Shown here one piece after another: positions 1-7,112 of a DNA stretch of 64,000 nucleotides (position 1 is the stretch's first letter; every line of letters begins with the position of its first letter). The notes beneath the pieces are model-generated. The model did no database searches. It was not told where the DNA came from and worked only from the letters and a program-made list of their open reading frames with translations. A program made the position numbers and the translations under genes. The stretch comes from Gammaproteobacteria bacterium. GTDB lineage: Bacteria; Pseudomonadota; Gammaproteobacteria; Steroidobacterales; Steroidobacteraceae. The stretch is taken from the NCBI GenBank assembly GCA_031431655.1, contig JANPDV010000311.1, positions 177 through 64,176 on the forward strand. Reading direction: 5' to 3'.

Positions 1-439
1 GGCCCAGATCCGCGCAGATGCGATCGAGCTGCTGTTTCGCACCAGTCGCACCGATGATGGCGGGATCGAAGTGCGCGAGGTATTGGGTTAGCAGCGCCGG
101 TGTATCGCGCTCGGGATCGACGCTAAGGAACACAACCTGCAGCTCAGTGCGCTGCTGCAGGCGCGCCCTGAGCCCGGCGAGCGTCACCAGCGTCGTCGGG
201 CAGACGTCCGGGCAATTGGTGAAACCCGCGAACACCACGGTCCACCGGCGTTCAAAAACACTGCGAGTCAGCGGGCGCGCGTGCTGGTCGAGGAGTACGA
301 ACTCACCCAGCGGCACGCGTTGCGGCATGGCCGTCCCGGACCGCAGAGCGACCGGCACGGACGGTCTGCGCAGGACCACCAGCGTGATGGCCAGCATCAG
401 TGCCAGAGGCAGCAGCCAGAGAATCCGGCGAATCCGCAT
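1..439 (-). CDS. SCO1/SenC family copper chaperone / thiol-disulfide oxidoreductase (C-terminal part lies beyond the window start)
   Basis: Hand translation of the minus strand from ATG at 439-437 gives MRIRRILWLLPLALMLAITLVV... with FAGFTNCPDVCPTTL (CxxxC) and FLSVDPERDTP, typical SCO1/SenC motifs. Absent from the ORF track because it runs off the window. Confidence 0.8.
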   Translation of the reverse strand, partial: MRIRRILWLLPLALMLAITLVVLRRPSVPVALRSGTAMPQRVPLGEFVLLDQHARPLTRSVFERRWTVVFAGFTNCPDVCPTTLVTLAGLRARLQQRTELQVVFLSVDPERDTPALLTQYLAHFDPAIIGATGAKQQLDRICADLG

Positions 440-703
440 GCGCCCTCCATCCACGGAATCGGCGGCGAGTATATGCCCGAAGCCAGGACTCTATGAATCG
501 CCACCTCCGGCGCTCCCGATCACCCTGCTGCTGGCAATGGCCCCGGGCGCCGGGCGTCGCGCCCTGCGGCGATTCGACATTTCCCCGGGAGATTTGACGT
601 AGCGGCGACGGCACGGGTGGCTGTGACCCGCGTCACGGTGCACTGCGCCTGCCGGTGGTCTATTGCGGCGGTCTCCATTCAAACAACAACGGGAGTCCCT
701 ATC

Positions 704-871
704 GTGATGAATTCCAAACGAAACGCAAAGCTTCCCTCGCTCGATCCGTCACGCCTGCTGGGCGTGCGCCTCGGCACGACTGCCGCGGGTGCCAAGCTCG
801 GTGGCCAGAAGGGCGCGCCTGTGCGCCTCGATTCGAAGACAGGGCCGAAACTCGGTTTCAGCAAGAGCTGA
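704..871 (+). CDS. Small cationic Gly/Lys-rich peptide, candidate RiPP precursor (start GTG 704 or ATG 707)
   Basis: In-frame part of ORF 617..871: (V)MNSKRNAKLPSLDPSRLLGVRLGTTAAGAKLGGQKGAPVRLDSKTGPKLGFSKS. GGGAG at 691-695 precedes GTG 704 / ATG 707. GC3 about 70 percent by hand count. It sits directly upstream of the HExxH and ATP-grasp-like genes and is followed by a hairpin. Confidence 0.5.
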   Translation: MMNSKRNAKLPSLDPSRLLGVRLGTTAAGAKLGGQKGAPVRLDSKTGPKLGFSKS

Positions 872-880
872 GATTGGCCT

Positions 881-906
881 GGTCGGCTGTCTCGCGACAG
901 CCGACC
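881..906 (+). terminator. Perfect 11-bp stem / 4-nt loop hairpin after the small peptide gene (attenuator-like, no U-tract)
   Basis: ggtcggctgtc-tcgc-gacagccgacc, 10 nt after the TGA at 869-871 and 52 nt before the next ATG (958). Followed by GGGGCCC rather than a T-run. Confidence 0.4.
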
Positions 907-957
907 GGGGCCCGCAGCAGGCCGTACCCCGCAGCGCAACAGGACGGGCCCTCCGCC

Positions 958-1995
958 ATGACGATTCATCTTCGATTCGCACCCGACCCGGTGCGTGCGC
1001 AGTTGCTGGACCGGCGCATGCACGTGGAGCTCGCCTCGAGCGTGCGCTACCTCTCGAGGCAATGCGCCGGGTACGTGCCCCACGACGGCGTGGCGATACG
1101 CAGGTTCGCAGCGCGGATTGCACGCGGTGCACGCTTCGGGCCGCTGACATTCCTGGACTATTACGATGGCGTCACCGCGGCCCAGGGCGACGATCCAGAG
1201 ACCTGTGCGCTGGCTTTCGCGCGGCTCGCGTCCGCCGAGCCCGCGCCGGCAGCGCTGCGCATCGAACCCTTGCTCGACGCGACGACCTGCGAGCGCAGCC
1301 GCCGGTTTGCCGACGCGATGCTCGGTGCCGAGTTCCTCGACGTCGGTCTGCTGCCGCCGCCAGCCTCGATGGAGCGGTCCAACGAGAGCCGGCTGCTGGA
1401 GGCGCTGGCGCTGATGCAGGCCACCAGCCCCGCGCTTTGCGGCGAGTTCCGCGCGCTGGTCCGCGAGCTGGTACCCATGGTCGGCGACCCGTCGCGAGCC
1501 TTCATGATCGACGGCGGTTCCCACTATCAGCTCTGGGGCAGCCTGTTCGTCAACATGGCGAGGCACGCCACCCCGCAGGCAATGCTCGAGGTGCTGACGC
1601 ATGAAGCAGCCCACTCGCTGCTGTTCGGCCTGTGCACGCACGAGGTCCTGACGCTGAACGACGCCGCGGAGCGCTATCCCTCGCCGCTGCGGACCGACGA
1701 ACGTCCGATGGATGGCATCTATCACGCCGCTTTCGTGTCGGCACGCATGCACCTTGCGAGCAGTGATCTGCTGGCCAGCGGTCGGCTCGATGCCGCGGCC
1801 GCCGCCGAGGCGCGCGATGCCCGCGATCGCGATCTCGCCAACTTCGAGGCCGGCTACGCCGTGGTGCGCAGGCACGCGCAACTGACGGGTCTCGGCGCCG
1901 CACTGATGGCCGGGGCGCGCGACTACATCGAGTCGGCTCGCGCGCCGTTGCACGCGGTCGGTGGCATCCGGCCGGCGTTGGCTGCCAGCGCCTGA
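958..1995 (+). CDS. HExxH-motif peptide-modification protein (aKG-HExxH-type peptide beta-hydroxylase-like, TIGR04267-like)
   Basis: Internal ATG of ORF 655..1995 (MTIHLRF...). LTHEAAHSLLFGL has HExxH at nt 1600-1614. The downstream ERYPSPLRTDERPMDGIYHAAF resembles the Y-x-(S/A)-P-W/L-R-x-D-x-R-P-x-x-G pattern I recall for this family. Not checked against an HMM. Confidence 0.7.
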   Translation: MTIHLRFAPDPVRAQLLDRRMHVELASSVRYLSRQCAGYVPHDGVAIRRFAARIARGARFGPLTFLDYYDGVTAAQGDDPETCALAFARLASAEPAPAALRIEPLLDATTCERSRRFADAMLGAEFLDVGLLPPPASMERSNESRLLEALALMQATSPALCGEFRALVRELVPMVGDPSRAFMIDGGSHYQLWGSLFVNMARHATPQAMLEVLTHEAAHSLLFGLCTHEVLTLNDAAERYPSPLRTDERPMDGIYHAAFVSARMHLASSDLLASGRLDAAAAAEARDARDRDLANFEAGYAVVRRHAQLTGLGAALMAGARDYIESARAPLHAVGGIRPALAASA

Positions 1996-2007
1996 AGTCG
2001 GCCGCGC

Positions 2008-2973
2008 GTGATCATCGTCCTGACGACCGCCGCGCACGACTACACGCACAAGGTCTTCGACCGCACCGGCCGATTCGAGCTGCGTCGAATGAGCTATGGC
2101 CGCGCCCTGACCGAGAAGCGCCTGCCGCGCGCAACCTACCTGTTCACGGACCTGGACCGCCTGAACTTCTGGGAACTCGAACTTGCCGCGCGCCTCTACC
2201 GCCAGCTCGCCGACGCGGGGCTGCGGGCGCTCAATGATCCCGCGCGCGTGCGGCTGCGCTACAGCCTGCTGCGCAAACTCAAGGATGAGGGCCGCAACAC
2301 TTTCGATGTCTGGCGCCTGGAGGACACGCGCCGGCCCGCCGCAAGCGACTATCCCGTGTTCCTGCGCACCGAGTCGGCGCACCGCGGCAACCTGACGGAC
2401 CTGATCGACACGCCGGAAGCCCTGGACCAGGCGATCGAGACCGCGCTCGCCAGCGGCATGCCGCGGCGCGAGCTGCTGATCGTGCAGTTCTGCGGCGAGG
2501 CGCTGCGACCCGGCCTGTTCGTCAAGCAGGCAGTGTTCCGGATCGGCGATCGCTTCATCACCGCTCCGCAGGTCATGGAGGGGCACTGGACCGCAAAGTA
2601 CGGCGCCAAGGGGCTTGCGACCCAGGAAGACTTCGAGGATGACCATCGTGCCGTGCTCGGGAATCGGTACGGTGACAGCCTGCGGGGCGCGTTCGACTCC
2701 GGCTGCGTGCAATACGGTCGTGTCGACTTCTCGATCGTCCGTCACCAGCCCCAGGTCTACGAGATCAACACCAATCCGCACTACAGCCCGAATCTCACGG
2801 CGGATAATCCGTTGCGGATGGAAGCGGTGCGGTTCTGCCGTCAGGCGCAGGTCGACGCGCTCGCGGCGCTCGACGGTCCGGCCTCGGGCCGCAGCGTCGC
2901 TATCGGCGGCTGGCAGCTCGAAGCCCAGCGCGGCCATGATCGGTGGCTGCTGCAGACGCGCTGGACGCCTTAG
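2008..2973 (+). CDS. ATP-grasp-like ligase domain protein
   Basis: 321 aa, GTG start 12 nt after the previous stop. The layout resembles the ATP-grasp fold: YPVFLRTESAHRG... (central domain), ELLIVQFCGE..., and a C-terminal YGRVDFSIVRHQPQVYEINTNP matching the (V/I)D(F/Y)...(Y/V)-E-I-N-x-x-P Mg/ATP-site signature. Confidence 0.55.
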   Translation: MIIVLTTAAHDYTHKVFDRTGRFELRRMSYGRALTEKRLPRATYLFTDLDRLNFWELELAARLYRQLADAGLRALNDPARVRLRYSLLRKLKDEGRNTFDVWRLEDTRRPAASDYPVFLRTESAHRGNLTDLIDTPEALDQAIETALASGMPRRELLIVQFCGEALRPGLFVKQAVFRIGDRFITAPQVMEGHWTAKYGAKGLATQEDFEDDHRAVLGNRYGDSLRGAFDSGCVQYGRVDFSIVRHQPQVYEINTNPHYSPNLTADNPLRMEAVRFCRQAQVDALAALDGPASGRSVAIGGWQLEAQRGHDRWLLQTRWTP

Positions 2974-3006
2974 GCGTCAACCCCCACACCCACCCGCACT
3001 GCTGCG

Positions 3007-3864
3007 TCAGCGCGGCGACGACTGCAGGTACGCCGCACCGGTCTTGTTCTCCGCGATCGTCGCGAGCAGCTTTTCGATCGTGGGTTGCAGGATCGGTCCC
3101 ATGATCGGCGCGGTATGGCCACCGGCGATGATCTCGAGCGGGTACCGGGCCATCAGCGCGCGAAACGCCGCGACGCGCGCAGCCTGGTTTCGCTGCTGCA
3201 TGCCATTGAAAGGCATCGCCGGACGGTCGGTCGCCTGTTTCACCTGCTCAGCGGACATCTCGTGCAGCATCGTGCCGCAGACATTCGCGTCGTGCAGGTG
3301 GATGTAGCCGAAGCCATCGGCCGTGAACAGCAGCCTGCGCTTTGTATCGTAGGCCCACATGGAGCCGCTGAGGTCCTTCCAGATTGCATCTAGGACCACG
3401 AACTCGCGGTCGCCGAGGTCGAGGCGCTCGCCGTGCTTCATGGGAACGAGGCGATCGAGGTCGACCTCGGGATGGAACAGGTGATAGTCGCGCACGTCGC
3501 CGACAGCGATCGCCTTCGGGTACTTCTGCAGCAACCGACCGAGATTGCCGGAATGCGGTATTTCCTGGTGGGTGGGGAAGACGTAGTCGAGCGTGCGACC
3601 CTGCAGCACGGACTCGAGCTGACCCTCGAGCGAATACCAGTGGGCGAAGTGGCCGGTGTCGACCATCAGCGTCCTGGTCGCGCCGAGGATCAGGTAGGCG
3701 AGGCAGGGCTCGTGCGTGACGGGCCTGCGTTTCGCCGCTGGCCCCGGCCAGCCGGCCGAATTGGAGCAGCCGCCGACCCAGGCGAAGTCTGGCAACACCA
3801 TCCTGGGGAGCCCGCCGCGCACGATGTACGCGCGCTGGATGACGTCGTTCAGCAGTTCAGGCAT
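3007..3864 (-). CDS. MBL-fold protein of the flavodiiron/ODP type (variant metal motif), no signal peptide
   Basis: 285 aa. LAYLILGATRTLMVDTG..., THQEIPHSGN (H-x-E-x-P-H versus H-x-E-x-D-H), FTADGFGYIH and IIAGGHTAP align by eye with the flavodiiron-protein MBL domain. Its start overlaps the upstream stop by 8 nt (ATGCCTGA). Confidence 0.6.
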   Translation of the reverse strand: MPELLNDVIQRAYIVRGGLPRMVLPDFAWVGGCSNSAGWPGPAAKRRPVTHEPCLAYLILGATRTLMVDTGHFAHWYSLEGQLESVLQGRTLDYVFPTHQEIPHSGNLGRLLQKYPKAIAVGDVRDYHLFHPEVDLDRLVPMKHGERLDLGDREFVVLDAIWKDLSGSMWAYDTKRRLLFTADGFGYIHLHDANVCGTMLHEMSAEQVKQATDRPAMPFNGMQQRNQAARVAAFRALMARYPLEIIAGGHTAPIMGPILQPTIEKLLATIAENKTGAAYLQSSPR

Positions 3865-4846
3865 AGCGCATCCGCTCCTCGTCCGGGAGCGCGCTCGCTG
3901 CGCGCAGCGCCTTCACGGCCAGCTTCACGTGTGCGGCGACGGCCTCGCGACCGCGGATCACGCAGCCGTGCACCGGCGCGATCATGCGCACGTCGAGCTG
4001 CTGGAAAATCGACTCGAAGCGCTCGATCATCGCGGGGTACTGCGCCTCGCGCATCCAGTTCATGCGCGCGACGATCTCGCGTGCGACCACGTCAACCGAC
4101 GGCAGGTACTTCGCGGAGTCGATGACGGGCGCAGAAGCGTCGTCCCTGGCGTGCCGGAAGCCGAAGAAATCCGACGTGAACAGGCAGCCGGTCGTCTCTT
4201 CGTACACCCATTGCGTGATCAGCATCTGCTTGGCGACGGCCTCGAGCCAGCGCAGGCGCAGGTCGCCGAGACTGCGCGCGGTGTCGTTCCTCGCTTCCTC
4301 GATCGGGATGCGACCGAGGAAATCGCGCACTTCCATGATCGAGACGGCCGGATCGTTGATCCACTCGAGGATGCCGCCCGCGCTGCCGAACAGCAGCGTC
4401 GGGTTGCGGCAGGTGCCGAGCACCAGGCCCAGGTTGCCGATGCAGTCGTACTCGTTGCGCGTGTAGTGCAGCCAGACCTTGCGGCTCCCGACCAGCGTCG
4501 CGAGCGCGGACTCCATGGCCGGTCGGGCGATCGGCATGCCGAGATCCACGAAGACGCAGTGGTCCTGGTCCGTCAGGACGTAGGAGTTCAGCGGTTCCCA
4601 CGCGTCGAGATCGCCCGGCAGCCAGCTGAGGCGCTCGGCGCGGACCATGCAGCCGACGCGGTAGAGCCGGTCGGGAACGAGGGCCGTTATCGTCTGGTTC
4701 GCGGCAAAGGCGCGCCTGCCGCCGGACTCGAGCGCCGACCGCGGTCGGGCCACGGACGCGACGGCAGGGTCACCCCGAAGCAGCGCCATGATCGCCGCGG
4801 CGGACGCGCCGCCCATGATGCGCCTGCGATCAATGCCGCGAGACAT
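3857..4846 (-). CDS. Tat-signal-bearing, degenerate MBL/flavodiiron-type fold protein
   Basis: Preferred start is ATG 4846, with AGGA 7 nt upstream. N-terminus MSRGIDRRRIMGGASAAAIMALL is twin-arginine-like. YTRNEYDCIGNLG occupies the H-x-E-x-D-H position (E and D kept, His replaced). FTSDFFGFRH and APVHGCV are conserved. The ORF could extend to 4930. Confidence 0.55.
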   Translation of the reverse strand: MSRGIDRRRIMGGASAAAIMALLRGDPAVASVARPRSALESGGRRAFAANQTITALVPDRLYRVGCMVRAERLSWLPGDLDAWEPLNSYVLTDQDHCVFVDLGMPIARPAMESALATLVGSRKVWLHYTRNEYDCIGNLGLVLGTCRNPTLLFGSAGGILEWINDPAVSIMEVRDFLGRIPIEEARNDTARSLGDLRLRWLEAVAKQMLITQWVYEETTGCLFTSDFFGFRHARDDASAPVIDSAKYLPSVDVVAREIVARMNWMREAQYPAMIERFESIFQQLDVRMIAPVHGCVIRGREAVAAHVKLAVKALRAASALPDEERMRYA

Positions 4847-4943
4847 AGAGCGATCCTGCGTGAATTCGACCTGCCGGATGGTCGCGCGTCTCGCGCAGAA
4901 AATCCATCGCCGCGGCGAGCGGGCGTGCACGCCCGCATCGTTG

Positions 4944-5687
4944 CTACATCGCCGGTACGCGCGCGGGCACCGGACTTGCCCACTTCGCCACCGTCTCCGA
5001 GACGTTCTGGCGCAGCGTCTCCTTGATCGCGTGGAACTTCGGGTAGGTCGGGTGCTTCTCGGTCAGTTGTGCACGCAGCGCCAGCTTGGCCTCGGGGGCA
5101 GCCGCGTAGGCCTTGTCGTCCACGTAGGCCTTCACGAGAATCGAGTTGGCCGGGTCCCCGGCGCCCTCGGCGCGCTCGACGTACATCGTGTAGGCGTGCA
5201 TCAGCCGGGCGGTGCGCTGGCCTTCCATCAGCGGCACGATGTAGCCCTCGCTGAACTCGCGATAGCGATCCACTGAAGTCGTAAGGCGATAGACGTTGAC
5301 CTCGAATACCGCCGGTCGCGGGTCATAGGCGGGGTCGACGCCGCTGACCACCGCATCGACACGGCGCACTCGTGAACCCGCCGGCAACTTAGAGGCGGAC
5401 TGCTGGCGCCAGCGCAGGTATTCCGGCTCGCTCGCAAACTCCACGATCCCCAGCGAAGCGAACCCCGGCTCCTTCTGCGCTACCGCATCGAGCCAGATCA
5501 CCTGCGACGCGGGGCCCGCGTCGCGCCAGGCAGCGGCGGCGCGCTGCACGGCTGCAGAATCCGTTGATCCGCCCGGCAGCGTTACCAGGGCAGTGGCTCG
5601 CTGCGCGACCGCTGGAGCGCCCGCCCATGCGACCAGCGATACGAACGCGAGGGCGACGAGACGCGCAGCAATACGCACTGGTTTCAT
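4944..5687 (-). CDS. Secreted protein of unknown function (signal peptide; C-terminal half looks like an alpha+beta ferredoxin-like/Dabb-type domain)
   Basis: MKPVRIAARLVALAFVSLVAWAGAPAVAQ signal. GAGG overlaps the upstream stop, with a 7-nt gap to the CitMHS gene. No recognisable catalytic motif. Confidence 0.45.
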   Translation of the reverse strand: MKPVRIAARLVALAFVSLVAWAGAPAVAQRATALVTLPGGSTDSAAVQRAAAAWRDAGPASQVIWLDAVAQKEPGFASLGIVEFASEPEYLRWRQQSASKLPAGSRVRRVDAVVSGVDPAYDPRPAVFEVNVYRLTTSVDRYREFSEGYIVPLMEGQRTARLMHAYTMYVERAEGAGDPANSILVKAYVDDKAYAAAPEAKLALRAQLTEKHPTYPKFHAIKETLRQNVSETVAKWASPVPARVPAM

Positions 5688-5694
5688 GAAGACC

Positions 5695-7038
5695 TCAGTT
5701 TCGGGCAAGAGGGAAGATTCCGAACAACAATGCCGCCACCAGCATCATGACGCAGATGAGGATGGCCCACTTCAACGCAAATCGCTGGTGATCGCCAAAC
5801 TCGACACCGGCGAGCGCCACCAGCAGGTAGGTGGACGGCACCAGCGGGCTGAGCAGATGCACCGGCTGGCCGATCAGCGAGGCACGCGCCATCTCGACGG
5901 GTGTGATGCCGTACGCCTGCGCCGCTTCCGCGACGATTGGCAGTACGCCGAAGTAGAAAGCATCGTTGGAAATGAAGAACGTAAACGGCAGGCTGGCGAG
6001 CGCGGTGATCGTCGCCAGGTACGGACCCAGCGACGGCGGCACGATCGCGAGGAAACTCTTCGACATGGCATCGACCATGCCCGTGCCGTTCAGGATGCCG
6101 GTGAAGACCCCGGCGGCGAAGATCACGGCCACCACCGCCAGCACGTTCTTGGAGTGCGCGGCGATGCGCTCGCGCTGCTCGGCAAGGTTCGGATAGTTGA
6201 TGACAAGCGCAAGGCTGAAAGCAATCATGAAAAGTACCGGCAGCGGCAGGGCACCGGCGACCAGGGCGACCATCAGCGCCAAAGTCAGTGCCGCATTGAC
6301 CCACAGCAGCTTCGGGCGGCGCAGTCGGGCCACGTCGTCGTCCGTGGCGGCGTCGGCCGCAGCGACGTCCGCATCGCTGTCGATGCCGCCTGGCGCCCGC
6401 GGTGGACCCTCCCATGACAGCGAGCCGAGTCGCTCGCGCTCACGCCGCCCCAGGATCCAGGCGAACAGCACGACGCCGAGTACGCCCACCGCCATCGCCG
6501 GCAGCATCGGCACGAACACGTCGGCCGGGTCGACATGCAGCGCCGCCGCCGCCCGGGCCAGTGGCCCGCCCCAGGGAGTCAGGTTCATCACGCCGCTGGC
6601 CAGCATCGCGACGCAGGTCAGACTGAGCGGATCGAGCCTGAGGCGGCGGTACAGCGGCAGCATCGAGGCGACGGTGATCATATAGGTCGTCGAGCCGTCG
6701 CCGTCCAGCGAGACGAACAGCGCCAGCAAGGCCGCTCCCATCACCACGCGCAGCGGATCGCCACGCACCGCCGCCAGGATCCGCCGCACCACCGGATCGA
6801 ACAGCCCCGCGTCGATCATCACGCCGAAGTACAGGATCGCGAACATCAGCATGACGGCCGTGGGCGCCAGCGTCCGCAGCCCGTCGAGCATCATCTTGCC
6901 GAGCTCGGGCCCGGCGAAACCGCCCAGCAGCGCGAACAGGATCGGGATCGCGATCAGGGCCACGACCGGCAGCAGCCGCCGGGACATGATCAGGTACATG
7001 AACGTGATGACCATCCCGAAGCCGAGCATGGTCAGCAA
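5695..7038 (-). CDS. CitMHS family citrate(-metal):H+ symporter-like transporter
   Basis: 447 aa polytopic membrane protein. The N-terminus MLTMLGFGMVITFMYLIMSRRL... and overall pattern are typical of CitM/CitH. It carries an acidic Asp/Ala-rich central loop. Confidence 0.75.
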   Translation of the reverse strand: MLTMLGFGMVITFMYLIMSRRLLPVVALIAIPILFALLGGFAGPELGKMMLDGLRTLAPTAVMLMFAILYFGVMIDAGLFDPVVRRILAAVRGDPLRVVMGAALLALFVSLDGDGSTTYMITVASMLPLYRRLRLDPLSLTCVAMLASGVMNLTPWGGPLARAAAALHVDPADVFVPMLPAMAVGVLGVVLFAWILGRRERERLGSLSWEGPPRAPGGIDSDADVAAADAATDDDVARLRRPKLLWVNAALTLALMVALVAGALPLPVLFMIAFSLALVINYPNLAEQRERIAAHSKNVLAVVAVIFAAGVFTGILNGTGMVDAMSKSFLAIVPPSLGPYLATITALASLPFTFFISNDAFYFGVLPIVAEAAQAYGITPVEMARASLIGQPVHLLSPLVPSTYLLVALAGVEFGDHQRFALKWAILICVMMLVAALLFGIFPLARN

Positions 7039-7112
7039 GTCAGATACTCCCCAGGCTTACACAAGCTCACGCGCACTCGGTGAGGTCATCTCGATCGATG
7101 TTGTCGCGCCGG

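Noticed and set aside
679-2937. Very long antisense or off-frame ORFs, such as 679..2937 (-), 11063..12565 (-), 15552..17573 (+), 19262..20533 (+), 40862..42931 (-), 51430..53535 (+) and 58646..60433 (-).
   Set aside because: Their Arg/Ala/Gly/Pro-rich, motif-free translations overlap genes with clear family signatures on the other strand or frame. These are typical shadow ORFs of a high-GC genome, where stop codons are rare.
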